64,000 nucleotides of DNA. Origin: Chiloscyllium plagiosum (lineage: Eukaryota). Each line of letters starts with the position of its first letter. Position 1 is the stretch's first letter. Under the pieces are notes generated by a model. That model did not search any database. It was not told where the DNA came from and saw only the letters and a list, made by a program, of their open reading frames with translations. Positions 49,330-62,940 of the stretch are shown here, piece after piece. Location of the stretch: contig NC_057755.1 of assembly GCF_004010195.1 (NCBI RefSeq), positions 9,738,202 through 9,802,201 of the forward strand, read 5' to 3'. The position numbers and the translations under genes were made by a program.

Positions 49330-52300
49330 TGAGACTCTACGACTGACTTACTCTATGACACTGTGACTCTGATTCTCTAGCTCTGTGACTCTCAGACTCT
49401 GTGATTCTTTGACTGAATAGCTATATGAGTCTGTGCCACTCTGAATCTGTGACTCTGTGAATCTCAGACTCTGTGTCTCACTGAATCTGTGACTTTTTGA
49501 CTATGACTATTTGCCAGTCTGACACACTGATTCTCAGACTCTTACTCTGTGACACTGTGAACCTCAGAGTCTGTGACTCAGTGTCACTCTGATTCTGTGA
49601 TTACCTGCCTTCAGACATTGTGACTCTCAGTCTCACTGACTGTGTGACTCTGAAATGTTATGACTTTGACTCTGTAAACCTCAGTCTCTGCGTCTCTGTG
49701 ACTCTGGCTCAGTGTCTCTCTCACTCTGTGGTCTCTGAATCTCTGACACTGTGATTCTGAAATTCTGTTACACAGTGACTCTCTGACTATGTGACTCCCT
49801 GCCTCTCTGGCTCTGTGAATCTCTGATTCTGTGACTCTCTAACTCTCTGAATTTCTGACGCTGTGACTCTCTGACATCGTGGTCTGTGACTCTATCTCTC
49901 TGTGACTCTCTGGCTTCATGAGTCCTTCTAGCTCTGTGACTCAATAACTCAGTGACTCCATGACTGTGATCCTCAGACTCTGCGACTTTGTGGCTCTGAA
50001 TCTGTTACTTCTGACTCTGAATCTGTGAATCTTTGTCCCTGTAAATCTCTGATTCTGTAACTCTGTGTCTGTCAGACTCTGTGACTCACTGATTCTGTAC
50101 TTGTAAATTTATGACAGTATCACTGTGACTGACTCTGTGAATCTGTGAGTAACTGACTCTGTGACTAAGTCACCCTGTGCCTCTGTGACTTTAACTCTCT
50201 GATTCTCAGACTCTGTGACTCTGTACCTCTGTGCTCCTCAGACACTGTGCCTGTGTGAATCTGAATTTGTGACTCTGTGACTCTGTGACTGTGTGACTCT
50301 CAGACTCTGTGACTCTGTGAACCTCAGACACTGTGCCTCTGTGACTGTATGACTCTCAGACTCTGTGACTGTATGACTCTCAGACACTGTGATTCTGTGA
50401 CCGTATGACTCTCATACACTGTGACTCTATGACTGTATGACTCTCATACACTGTGACTCTGTGACTATATGATTCTCAGACTCTGTGACTGTATGACTCT
50501 CAGACTCTGTGACTCTGTGACTGTATGACTCTCAGACACCGAGACTCTGTGACTGTATGACTCTCAGACACTGTGACTCTGTGACTGTATGACTCTCAGA
50601 CACTGTGACTCTGTGAATCTCAGACACTGTGCCTCTGTGACTGTATGACTCAGACTCTGAGACTGTATGACTCTCAGACTCTGTGACTCTGTGAATGTAT
50701 GACTCTCAGACACTGTGACTCTGTGACTGTATGACTCTCAGACACTGTGCCTCTGTGACTGTATGACTCTCACACTTTGTAACTCTGTGACCGTATGACT
50801 TTCAGACACTGTGACTCTGTGACCGTATGACTCTCACACTCTGTAACTCTGTGACCGTATGACTTTCAGACACTGTGACTCTGTGACTGTACGACTTTCA
50901 GACACTGTGTCTCTGTGACCGTATGACTTTCAGACACTGTGACTGTATGACTCTCAGACTCTGTGACTCTGTGACTGTATGACTCTCAGACACTGTGACT
51001 CTGTGACTGTATGACTCTCAGACTCTGTGACTCTGTGACTGTGTGACTCTCAGACTGTGACTCTGTGACTGTATGACTCTCAGACTCTGTGACTCTGTGA
51101 ACCTCAGACACTGTGCCTCTGTGACTGTATGACTCTCAGACTCTGTGACTCTGTGAACCTCAGACTCTGTGACTCTGTGACTGTATGACTCTCAGACACT
51201 GTGATTCTGTGACCGTATGACTCTCATACACTGTGACTCTGTGACTGTATGACTCTCAGACTGTGACTCTGTGACTGTATGACTCTCAGACTCTGTGACT
51301 GTATGACTCTCAGACACTGTGACTCTGTGACTGTGTGAATCTCAGACACTGTGCCTCTCTGACTATATGACTCTCAGACTCTGTGACTGTATGACTCTCA
51401 GACTCTGTGACTGTATGACTCTCAGACACTGAGACTCTGTGACTGTATGACTCTCAGACACTGTGACTCTGTGACTGTATGACTCTCAGACACTGTGACT
51501 CTGTGAATCTCAGACACTGTGCCTCTGTGACTGTATGACTCAGACTCTGAGACTGTATGACTCTCAGACTCTGTGACTGTATGACTCTCAGACACTGTGA
51601 CTTTGTGACTGTATGACTCTCAGACTCTGTGACTCTGTGACTGTTTGACTGTCAGAAACTGTGACTCTGACTCTTAGGGTATGCCAGTCTCTGAGTCTGT
51701 GGATCTCTGAGTCTGTTACTCTGTGACCCTCTGACTGTAACTGGGTCTTTCTCAGTGACTGGCTTATTCTGTGAACTTGTGACTCTGTGACTCTCTTAAT
51801 CTGTGAGTCTCTGACTCTGTGACTCTTTAACTGTTTGATTCTTTGACTCTCAGACTCTTTGAATCTCAGGTTCTGTGACTGTCACTCTCAAACTCTGTGA
51901 CTCTATGACAGTGTCACTCAATGACTGCTTGAATCTGTGACTCAGTCACTGACTTTGCAACTCAGGCTCTGTGATTCTATGACCCTGAGACACTGTGGCT
52001 TTCAGACTCACTCTGTGACTGTGACTCTTAGATTCTGTGACACTCTGACTCCCGAGTCAGTCACTCTGTGAATGAGACTCTATGACTCAGTAACTCTCAG
52101 ATTCTGTAGCTGTGACTTTGCCTCTGTGACTTTGAGCCTCTAACTTTGTGACTCTGTTACTTTGTGACTCACAGACTTTGCGACTGTCTTAGTCTGTAAA
52201 TTTGTGCCTCTCTGACTCTTTATGACTCTGTCACTCAGTGACTCTCTGACTAGTTGACTCTCAAACTCTGTGCATCTCTGGGTCTACGAATTTCTGATTC

Positions 52301-52370
52301 TGTGACCGTCTGACTCTCAATGTGACTCTGTCTCTGTGACACTGACTCTGGCTCGGTGACTGTGACTTTA
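49330..52370. repeat. ~3-kb satellite built on an 8-bp unit (CTGTGACT) with 24-32-bp higher-order units
   Basis: Homogeneous core at ~50270-51650 of CTGTGACT/GTATGACT/CTCAGACA units, with degenerate flanks. Confidence 0.95.
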
Positions 52371-52375
52371 GGCAT

Positions 52376-52625
52376 TTGATTAGATTTCCTACAGTGTGGA
52401 TGCAGGCTCTTCGGCCCAACTAGTCGCTGACCCTCCGAAGTGTAACCCATTCCCCTAACTAATGCACCTAACACCATTGGCAATTTCACATGACCAATTC
52501 ACCTAGCCTGCACATCTTTGGACTGTGGGAGGACACACACGCAGACACAGGGAGACTGTGCAAACTCCACATGGGTCCTGGTGCTGTGAGGCAGGAGTGC
52601 TAGTCACTGAGCTACCGTGCCGCTT
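52376..52625 (-). mobile_element. HE1-like SINE between the satellite and the CpG island
   Basis: Reverse complement of the SINE body. Confidence 0.82.
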
Positions 52626-52729
52626 TCAGAATGTGTGACTCTTGGACTATTTGCTGTCACTTGCTCCACTGTGACTGTCCCTCCCGATGTGGGGCTTCAG
52701 TGGAAAGGGGGCAGGGACAGTCAGTGTCA

Positions 52730-53750
52730 ATCATCGTCTGGCCCCGACGCATGCGTTGTTTGTTGAAGGGCGCGCGCAATGACGCGCAGGGGCGGGGCTC
52801 ACAGACAAACGGGGCGGGGAAGGAATGTGTCCATCAGCGTCAGGCCGGGACGCGCGCGCTGTTTGACGGGATGATGCTTCCGGGGGCTGGCCTTCAAGTG
52901 ATTTTCGTTGGGAGGAAGGGGGGCGGGGAAAGAAGCTGTCCATCAGCAGCGCGCCTCCTCCCATGCGCCGTTCACCAAGCCCGCAGGAGGGACTTGATAG
53001 GATATCGGGGCGGGGTCAATGACGCTCCCTCCGCCCTTGGGGTCCGACGACACATGCGCAGTTGGTCACTCCCCGGGTAGGGGAAAAGGGGGCGGGGACA
53101 GGAGGTGCCCGTCACCGGATGCACCGCGACGCTTGCGTCGTTTGTCGGAGGCGAACCCTTTTGTTGGGAGGAACCAGCGAGGGCGAGTGCACGCGCACGC
53201 GCCGTACGTCCCCGCGCGCGCTCGGGGACGCGCGCAGTGACGTATTCCCCCCTCCCCTCCCCGGAGAGTGTGAGCAACATGGCGGCGGAGAACCGGAGCG
53301 GGGCCTCGGTTCATTGTCATCGGGCGGGCCCGGGTCCCGGGGGTGAGGAGCGGCGGCGGCAGCAGCAGCAGCAGCCTGAAGGTGAAGGACAGGAGGAGGA
53401 GGAGGAGGAAGAAGAGGAGGAGGAGAGACACCGGGGGAGGAGCAGGCTCAGGGGGCGACACGAGCCTGAAACACAAGGCCGCGCGGAGCTAGGCCTGGCC
53501 GCACCCTGCACCGTCAAACAGGAGCTGGGGCTGGAGGAGCAGCAGCAGCAGCAGCAGGAGGAGGAGGACGGGGAAGAAGCGGAGGAGGAGGAGGACGGAG
53601 GAGGAGGAGGCGGCGGCATGGTGAAGGTGGAGGCCGAGCCTGAGGAAACGGGCCTTGCCGCCGGACAGACGGACTGCTCGCTTTACCCGGCGGGCCAGGA
53701 GCAGAGCGAGGCCTCGGGCAGAGAGCAGCAGCAGGTCAGCGGCAGTCACC
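52730..53750. promoter_or_regulatory. CpG island promoter / first exon
   Basis: Abrupt GC- and CpG-rich segment with several GGGGCGGGG GC boxes, a CATGCGCA (NRF1-like) site near 53053, TGACG half-sites, and a YY1-like CAACATGGCGGC overlapping the ATG. Confidence 0.85.
53279..53734 (+). CDS. First coding exon of an unidentified, probably nuclear protein (acidic/Gln-rich N-terminus)
   Basis: Strong Kozak context aacATGGCG inside the CpG island. 152 open codons with poly-E/Q/G tracts and VKQE/VKVE motifs. Candidate donor CAG|GTCAGC, phase 0. Confidence 0.7.
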
Positions 53751-53806
53751 AGGATTATTACTGGTTATCACTGTCCGGGCAGTATCGGAGCAGGTGACAC
53801 TGTCAG

Positions 53807-54628
53807 GTCATAGAGAATGTTACAGCGCGGAAACAGACCCTTCGGTCCATCCCGTCCATGCTGCCCCAGTTATCCCCTACCCAATCTAGTCCCACCCGCC
53901 AGCACCCGGCCCATACCCCTCCAAACCCTTCCTATTCCTATACCCACCCAAATACCTCTTAAATGTTGCAATCCTACCAGCCTCCACCACATCCTCTCGC
54001 TGCTCACTCCATACACGTACCACCCTCTGTGTGAAAACGTTGCCCCTTTGGTCTCTCTTATATCTTTCCCCTCTCACCCTAAACCTGTGCCCTCCTAGTT
54101 CTGGACTCCCCGACTCCAGGGATGGGACTTTGCCTATTTATCCTATCCATGCCCCTCATAATTTTGTAAACCTCTATAAGGTCACCCATCAGCCTCTGAT
54201 GCTCCAGGGAAAACAGGCCCAGCCTGTTCAGCCTCTCCCTGTAGCTCAAATCCTCCAACCCTGGTAGCATCCTTGTAAATCTTTTCTGAACCTTTTCAAG
54301 TTTCACAACATCTTTCTGATAGGAAGGAGACCAGAATTGCACACAATATTCCAACCGTAGCCTTGCCAATGTCCTGTACAGCCGCAACATGACCTCCCAA
54401 CTCCTGTACTCAATACTCTGACCAATAAAGGAAAACATACCAAATGTCACCTTCACTATCCTACCTACCCGCGACTCCACTTTCAAGGAACTATGAACAT
54501 GCACTCCAAGGTTTCTTTGTTCAGCAACACTCCCTGGGACCTTACCATTAAGATTTGCTTTCCGAAAATGCAGCACCTCACATTTATCTGAATTAAACTC
54601 CGTCTGCCACTTCTCAGCCCATTGACCC
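53807..54628 (-). mobile_element. CR1 LINE 3' end, relatively young
   Basis: ORF LYRTLARLRLEYCVQFWSPSYQKDVVKLEKVQKRFTRMLPGL plus 3'UTR. Confidence 0.92.
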
Positions 54629-54629
54629 T

Positions 54630-56920
54630 TATTACTGCAGGGGAGGTGATACTGTTAGATTATTAACATCAGGGCAAGTGATACTGTCAGATTATTACCG
54701 CCAGGGCATGATGGGGCTGATGTAGGAAACTGATGCTGTCTGTTTCTCTGTGTGTGAGGCACATGGGGGTTAATACTACCTGTTACACTTGGTGAGGGAC
54801 GTGGAGGTGTTAGTACTGTCTGTTACACCCAGTGTAAGGGACTTGGGGGAATTGATGCTGTCTGTTACTCTGAGATACATGAATTAATACTGTCTCATTA
54901 TTGGTGTGAAAATTAGGTAAGGGTTATTACTAGGTGTGAGAGACACAGGATTTATATTGAGTTACTGTGCAAAGGGCAAAGGGTTTTTATTAACACTCTT
55001 CAGATGAGAGACGAAAGGATGAACATTTGTCTTCCTGGTGTAACAGGTCGATTAATACTGTCTGTTAATCCATTTCAGTGATATGGAGATTAGTACTGTC
55101 ACTCCTACTCTGAGTGACATGGTGAGTATTCCTAACACTACCCACAGTGTGACATCAGTCTAGATTAAAACTGTTTTTCATTGCAAGTGACAGGCATGAG
55201 ATTGAATGTTTCTCTCAGCATGTGGTACGTTAGCTGATTAGTACTGTCTGCTTTACTCCGTGTTGACTATCAGAATATTAATGCTATTTCTCTGAGGGTG
55301 GATAATATTATCCTTTAGTCTCAGAATGAGGGGCTGGGTGATGTAATTTTGTCAGTTTGTGAGGGACCTGGGGATTAATACTATCCATTATTCTTATTGT
55401 GAGATACCTGGATTAATAATCTCTCACATTGTGAGGGATGCAAGATTAGTACTGCCCATTTCTCACTGTATGATTGATATGGGAGGGTTAATATTGTCTG
55501 TCACTGTGAGAAACGTGGGTGTGAGTACTGCCTTTCACTTTCAGCATAAGAGTTGTGTGTGTATGAACAGTGTTTCAGACTTCATGGATCTTAGAAATTA
55601 ATACTGTCTGTTTTTCTCAATGTGAGGTATCTGGGATGGTTAATAAGTCATTCAGTGTTACAGAAATTATGGGGAATTATTAGTGTTACTATTCGTGGGG
55701 TATTGGGGTGAATAACACTGTTACTTCAGCATGAAGAAAATGGGAAGATTAGGATACGGAACTGAGGGTGATTAAATCTTAGTTGCAATTGGGATCTTGG
55801 CAATTAATACTGTCTTATTCTCAGGATGTGATGTGCTAAATAATACTGTCGCGTGTTCTGAATGGCATCAGACTAATACAGTCTGTTTAGTCTGAAGGAT
55901 GAGTTAATTAATACTGTCCATTACTTAAAAGCAACAGAAGAAACCTCACAATCTTTAAAAAGATCTTGGATGAGCACTTGAATTGTCATAACATGAGCCT
56001 AGTGAAAGAAAGTAGGACTCGTGTAAGTACTGGTGTATTTCTGATGGTACAGTCCCAAGGACGAGAGAGTCTCTTCTGTATTTTGCGATTCCATGTTGGA
56101 GTAATGTTCTCTCTTATATTTGGAGACAAACACATAAATGCTTTATTGCTGTCAACAGTGTGAGGGATAGGGTGGGATTTAATATTCTGTGTATCTTTGT
56201 TAGGGTCTTAGAGGAATAATGCCATCTTTTACTTGTAATGAAAGGGAAGTTGAGGGGTAATTTGTATTGTCAGTTACGTTTGCTCTGAGGTGTACTGAGA
56301 TTAATACTCTTGGATGCTGTCATTGTGCTTAATACTGTCATCTACTCTCTGTATTACTCTCTGCAAGTGTGATATGTAAGTCACCCTCGGTGTCTGGCAG
56401 ATGGGGGAATTAGTCTGAGGACAGCAGAGATTAATGCTGTTGGTTATCCTCTGAGAGATTGTAAGGGTTTCATACTATCTGTTCCCCTCAATATGATGGA
56501 TATCAGGGATTAATGTTAGTTATACTCCACTTGGGATGAATACTATCTGTTTCTCCATGTGAGGGCCCTTGGGATGATTGATATTGTTATCCTCAGTGTG
56601 AAAAGTGCAGGGCTTATTACTGTCAGTCTGTGTGAGGGATATGGTGGTTAATGATGTCATGCTTTGTGTGGGGCACATGTGACATACACAGAATGAGGGA
56701 AATATGGTGAGATTACGAATAAGAGACTGAGTAATTCTGTCAGTGACTTTCTGCAGGACTGGGGACTTGGTGAGATTTAATCTGAGGGGCATGGGTGTTA
56801 ATACTGTCTGTTTTACTCTGCATGAGTGGCATGAGGAATTAAGCTTACCTGTTACCCACAGTGTGCATACTGGGTTGAGGAGGGATGTGATGTTAACACT
56901 TACTCTCTCAAACAACTCAG
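54630..56920. repeat. Highly degenerate ~35-40-bp minisatellite
   Basis: Recurring motif approximating GGGATTAATACTGTCTGTTACTCTCAGTGTGAGGGACAT. Confidence 0.75.
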
Positions 56921-58211
56921 TGGAGTATGCGGCTCTACAAATATCCTTCAAATATGAGTCTAGCAAATCAGTGCAAAAGAGAAGGCTGAAGCATTTGCAA
57001 TAATCTTAAACCAGAAGTTCACTGAAACCGGCAATAGATGACTTGGCTTTTCAAGCCTGCTGTGCATTCATTATGATGACAGTGGATCCTCTGTCTCAAT
57101 GCCATATTCCCTTTTACTCTCCGTGCCTCTTCATGCTTTTAATATTTAAAAATTTACCAAATTATTTTTGAATGTATTTTGACTTCACCTCCACAACCTT
57201 CTGTGGTAATGATTTCCACAGATTGACCACGCTGTAACCTAAAGAAAAGTGTTTCCTTGTCTCGCTTCGAAACAGTCTACGATGTTTGCTGAGACTGTGA
57301 TCCCAGATTCTGAATCCAATTTGGCCTTCTGCAGAGGGCCCTAGCATTTCACATGACAGTCTCTAGCTGAGTTGATTGACTGTGTGATATCAAGAAAGGC
57401 TAGATATCAGAGCAGGAGCCACTAGTTAACCGTTGGACCAGGAGGTCTGGGTTCAAGTCTCTCATGCTCCAGAGGTATGTACAGGAATAACATTTCTGCA
57501 TAGGCTGATTAGAAAAATAGGATAAATAAAAAAAGGCACAGCCACATTAATTGGCCGTTATTGAAAGCTTTTTCTACTGCACATGCCAGTGACTCTGACA
57601 GCATACTGCCAATAGCACTGAAGATGTGTGCTCCAGTTCTTGCTGTGCTACTAGCCAAGCAGTGCATCTACTTTACAGTGTGCAAAATTGCCCAGGCATA
57701 TCCTCTACCGAAAGGCAAGGCAGTCAGTTACTGTGCCATCATTGTACTCTTGATCATCAGTACAGTGATCTGTATATAAATTACAGTACGTGTGCCAGTC
57801 GCAAAGTAAGGAACGCAATCTCAGGAGAAGACCATTCAGCCTGTGCCAGGTTATTGTAAGAATTATTCACTCCACTTCCTTGCTCATTCTCTGTCATGCT
57901 GCAATTTACATTTTTGTGAAGTTTTTTAAAATTCCTGTGACCTTGTTGGTTGTAAGCCCTCTTCAAGCAATGCATTGCATCTCTTGTTTGTTCATGCAAA
58001 CATCAGTTATAACCTTCACCATGTGCTGAGGAAAGAGGCAGGCCCCAAGTTCACGTTGACCAAACGGGCATTGAGACCCATCCTGTTGACCTTTTCTGGC
58101 TGCCCAACCAAATGAACTGTCAGCACCTTCCCATCTTGGAGTCAAAGTTGCAGTGAAAATATCCACTATTACATGTTTACTTCCAATAGCGTTGATTGAA
58201 ATCTGCTACCT

Positions 58212-58400
58212 CTACACTCATTGCCAGGGATCTGGGTTTGATTCCCACCTTGGGTGACCATCTGTGTGGAGTTTATATGTTCTCTCTGTGTCTTTGTAGG
58301 TTTCCACCAGGTTCTCCAGTTTCTTCTCATAGTCCAAAGATGTGCAGGTTAAGTGGATTAGCCATGCTAAATTGCCCCATTGTGTCCAGGGATGTGCAGA
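58212..58400 (+). mobile_element. HE1-like SINE, diverged
   Basis: gggtttgattccc..tgtgtggagttt..gccatgctaaattgcccc. Confidence 0.75.
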
Positions 58401-59465
58401 TGGTTGATGTGATTTCGAGGAGAGAAAACAATGAAAAGATTTGTTGGTGGGAGTAGGGAGTGGCTTACAGGAGTTGTTTCTGGACAAGCATGGGCCTGTT
58501 TCAATGCTGAAGATATTGCACGATGGTATAGCTTAGTCTACTTTATATCTAGCCCCATCCCTCAATCAGAAAAGCACACCTTTGTCCCCATTGCCTGGAT
58601 TGTAACTAACCACTTTTGTTCATATTTGTATTTGCTCAGACTTCATCCTCCTGTAATGTGTCTTGTAGCTGCTCTGAGGCCATAATACGTGGGAGAACCA
58701 CAACCCTGCCCTACTCTGGGCTTTTATTGCCTCTTGTCATTCTGTACCTTTTGAGACATCACCTGACGTTTCATCAGCTTTTTCGTATTTCGCAGTCTGA
58801 TGAAACTGCAGCGACGTTTTATGAAAGTATTTCATGTGACCTGTATCTGGTCGAATACTGTCAGTAGTTCAGTAACAAAGCATTGATAGTTTCAAGAGGT
58901 GAGACAAGATCAATAATATGGAGGAAGGAATCAAAAGTGTGAGAATCCAGGGGCAGAGATTCATGCTGGTGTGCAGCACAGAGGTCCTGAGGCTGTGATT
59001 GGAGGGGTTTGTCGTCCAGTGTGATGGTCACAGGGGTTGTGTCATGAGGCTTTCGTGCTTCATGAGTTTCTCGGGCTGTTTTGGGTTACAGTGCAGGGGT
59101 TTCTGGCTATTGTTTAAAGACTGTGGGACTTTTAAGGAGCTGTTGTACTCTGTGAGCATCAGGGTCGAAATGAGGGCTCTGTTTTTGAGTTCTGTTGGCC
59201 ACTGGGCTGCGATGAGTGTGTGTAGGCTGCAAGGACCAAGTCTTCGTGCATTTCATACATTGAGAGGTCCTGGGCTGTGTTTATGGTTATGGGGGAGTGC
59301 ATTGTGAGCGTTTCAAGCTGTGAGAGTGTACTGTCATACAGTATGTGTGTCTTGGGACAGCAGAGAAACTTTACAGAATTCTTCCTTGAAATACAGATGT
59401 CGCTGATGAGATTGGCGTCGGTTGCCCAATTCTGATTGACTTTGCATGGTTTACGAGGACATTTA

Positions 59466-61260
59466 GAGTCATTGAGTCATAGAGGTGTACAGCACGGAAA
59501 CAGGCCCTTCGGTCCAAGCCGTCCATGCCGATCAAATAGCCCAACCCAATCTAGTCCCACCACATCCTCTGGCAGCTCATTCCATACACGTACTACCCTC
59601 TGTGTGAAAAGGTTGCCCCTTGGGTCTCTTTTATATCTTTCCCTCTCACCCTAAACCGATGCCCTCTAGTTCTGGACTTCCCCCACCCCAGGGAAAAGAC
59701 TTTGTCTATTTATCCTATTCATGCCCCTCATAATTTTGTAAACCTCTACAACGCCACCCCACAGTCGCCTCCGTTCCAGAGAAAACAACCAGAGCCTATT
59801 CAACCTCTCCAGATAGCTCAAATTCTCCAACCCTGGCAACATCCTTGTAAATCTTTTCTGAACCCTTTCAAGTTTCACAACATCTTTCCGAAAGGAAGAA
59901 GACCAGAATTGCACGCAATATTCCAACAGTGGCCTAACCAATGTCCTATACAGCCGCAACATGACCTCCGTACTCCTGAACTCAATACTCTGACCAAGAA
60001 AGGAAAGCATACCAAACGCCACCTTCACCATCATATCTACCCGCGACTCCACTTTCAAGGAGCTATGAACCTGCACTCTAAGGTCTCTTTGTACCGCAAC
60101 ACTCCCTAGGACCTTAGCATTAAGTGTATAAATCCTGCTAAGATTTGCTTTCCCAAAATGCAGCACCTCGCATTTATCTAAATTAAACTCCATTTGCCAT
60201 TTCTCAACCCATTGGCCCATCTGGTCAAGATCCCATTGCAATCTGAGCTAACCTTCTTCACTGTCCACTAGACCTCCAACTTTGGTGTTATCTGCAAACT
60301 TACTAACTCTACCTCTTATGCTCACATCCAAATCATTTATATAAATGGCCAAAAGTCGTGGACCCTGCACTGATCGTTGTGGCACTCCACTGGTCACAAG
60401 CCTCGAGTCTGAAAAACAACCCTCCACCACCAGCCTCTGTCATCTACGTTTGAGCCAGTTCTGTATCCAAATGGCTAGTTTTCCCTATATTCTGTGATAT
60501 CTAACCTTGCTAACCAGTCTCGCATAGGGAACCTTGACAAATGCCTTACAGAAATCTATATAGATCACATCTACTGCTCTGCCTTCATCAGTCCACTTTG
60601 TTACTTCAAAAAATTCAATCAAGTTTGTGAGACATGATTTCCCATGCACAAATCCATGCTGACTATTGCTAATAAGTCCTTGCCTTTCCAAATACATGTA
60701 CATCCTATCCCTCAGGATTCCCTCCAACAACTTGACCACCACCGATGTCAGGCTCACTGGTCTGTAGTTCACTGGCTTGTCCTTACCACCCTTCTTAAAC
60801 AGTGGCACCATGTTAGCCAACCTCCAGTCTTTCTGTACATCACCTGTGCTTATCGATGATACAAATATCTCAGCAAAAGGCCCAGCAATCACTTCCCTAG
60901 CTTCCCACAGAGTTCTCGGGTACACCTGATCAGGCCCTGGGGATTTATCCATCTTTAACCGTTCCAAGACATCCAGCACTTCCTCCTCTGTAATATGGAC
61001 ATTTTTCAAGATGTCAACATTTATTTCTCTACATTCTATATCTTCCATGATCTTTTCCACAGTTAACATTGGTGCAAAATACTATCGTCCCCCATTTTCT
61101 GTGGCTCCACACAAAGGTTGCCTTGCTGATCTTTCAGGGGCCCTATTCTCTCCCTCGTTACCCTTTTGTCCTTAATTGTATTTGTAAAAGCCCTTCGGAT
61201 TCTCTTTAATTCTATTTGCCAAAGCATGTCCCCTTTTTGCCCTCCTGCTTTCCCTCTGTA
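59466..61260 (-). mobile_element. CR1 LINE ORF2 (RT) to 3' end
   Basis: Long ORF pieces at 60485-61069 and 59666-60241 with DKSPGPD, NYRPVSLTS, SGVPQ, FADNTK, RPLLEYCVQFWS. Confidence 0.94.
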
Positions 61261-62108
61261 GTAAACTGAGGGCTGTTCAGATACAAGCACTTCATTGGAA
61301 GTCTGGAGTCACATTACACCAGACCATGCAAGCATGGCAGATTTCCTTCCCCAAAGGAACATAAATCAACCCACTGGGTTTTCGAAATGTACAGCTTTGC
61401 AGATTCTATTACAGATGCTATCGATTCCCGGTTATAACTAATTAAATAGCGCCAGCTGTCATGGTGAGATTAAACCCATGCCAACCAATACATTAGCCAG
61501 ATCTCTGGATTATTAGTCCAGTGCAAAATACCACTGTGGACTCAAATGTGTAAAACTGATGGACTGTCAGAACATTGTAGGTCTCAGCCGTGAAGAGGGC
61601 ATCATTATGCAGTGTGAATGTCTGATCCATGAGGATAGACTGCCGTATGGTGGGTCCTGCGGCTGTTGTGCAGTGTCTGGGTCACTCATAGGCTTTCAGC
61701 AAACTGTTGTTTGAATTTACCACTTCTACGAGACCATGCGCTTGATTGAGTCTCTCACACATCCTGAAAAGAATTCGAGTATGTAGAACTGTGGAAGTTG
61801 AGGTAGCAGAGTGGCATAATGTGTGGGTATTGACTTTGAGGGTTCGTTACAGACGGGACAACCAGTTTGTGTAGAGGAGCGCCCCACCAGCCTGCTAATG
61901 ATAAAAGATAACTGAATTCTTGGTAATGGTCTGAAGATTCGCATTGACAAGGAGTACTGGATTAACTTCCCGATGACTCGAAATAATGGAATGGGATCCC
62001 TTGATGCTGATTTGTTGATCCAAAGGTCAGGCCTTTCTGAATGTGGATGCATTCCTTCATGGTGTTAATGATATTGAAATTCATTCCATTAAAGTCTAGA
62101 ATTTCTAG

Positions 62109-62285
62109 ATTCTGAGATGCCGGTGTTGGACTGGGGTGTACAAAGTTAAAAATCACACAACACCAGGTTATAGTCCAGCAGGTTTTATTGGAAGCACACT
62201 AGCTTTCGGAGCAACGCTCCGAAAGCTAGTGTGCTTCCAGTAAAACCTGTTGGACTATAACCTGGTGTTGTGTGATTTTTAACTT
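62109..62285 (-). mobile_element. PLE 3'-end fold-back insertion (palindrome) with target-site duplication
   Basis: Homologous to ~45898-46010. Arms 62143-62212 and 62216-62285; flanking direct repeat TAGAATTTCTAG at 62097-62108 and 62285-62296. Confidence 0.85.
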
Positions 62286-62825
62286 AGAATTTCTAGGTAA
62301 TGGTGACCAAGGCAACTTCTGTTTTTTTTTATTTTAATTATTTATTCGCTTGTTCATGAGTTGTGGACTTTGCTGGTTTGTCTAGGATTTGTTGCCCATC
62401 CCTGCTTGACATTATGACGGTCATAATCAATTTAAAGGATCTGGTTCATTCTTGTCCTCTTCAAGGAGGGGTATCTGCCATCCTTCCTAAGTCTAATCGA
62501 CCTGTGTCCGGAGATCCACTGTTGTGGTTGGCTCTTAATTTCTTTGCAAAAAATAAAATCACCCAGCCAGTCCCTCAAGGAAGGGCAGCAGATGTTGGCT
62601 CAATGGCAGGCACATCCAGGAGAGAGTCAGGAAAAAGAATAGTGCGTGTAATCTTGAGTATTGACTCAGTGTCCAGACTCCATTGAGATTCTGAATAGAC
62701 ATAGATGGATAGCACTCCCATTGACTGTAGTTCAGGATGCACCAGTCACAGTGACTTGTTTTGCTGATGAGACCACTGGTTTTTGATGTGTTAATGTGGT
62801 TCCCATTCAAATACTAACGTTGTGT

Positions 62826-62871
62826 ATCTCTCTCCCCTTCCTCTCTCTCTCTCTGTGTCTCTCTCTCTCTC

Positions 62872-62940
<69 letters not shown>

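Noticed and set aside
50270..51650. Regular repeat resembling a CRISPR array
   Set aside because: No unique spacers, no cas genes, and a vertebrate context; it is a simple satellite.
58795..58835. CTGATGA...GAAA hammerhead-like spacing
   Set aside because: No stem II closing directly onto GAAA; probably chance within an old LINE fragment.
61560..62050. 108-aa minus-strand ORF and neighbouring sequence
   Set aside because: Looks like an old LINE remnant, but I could not assign a family or a gene with confidence.
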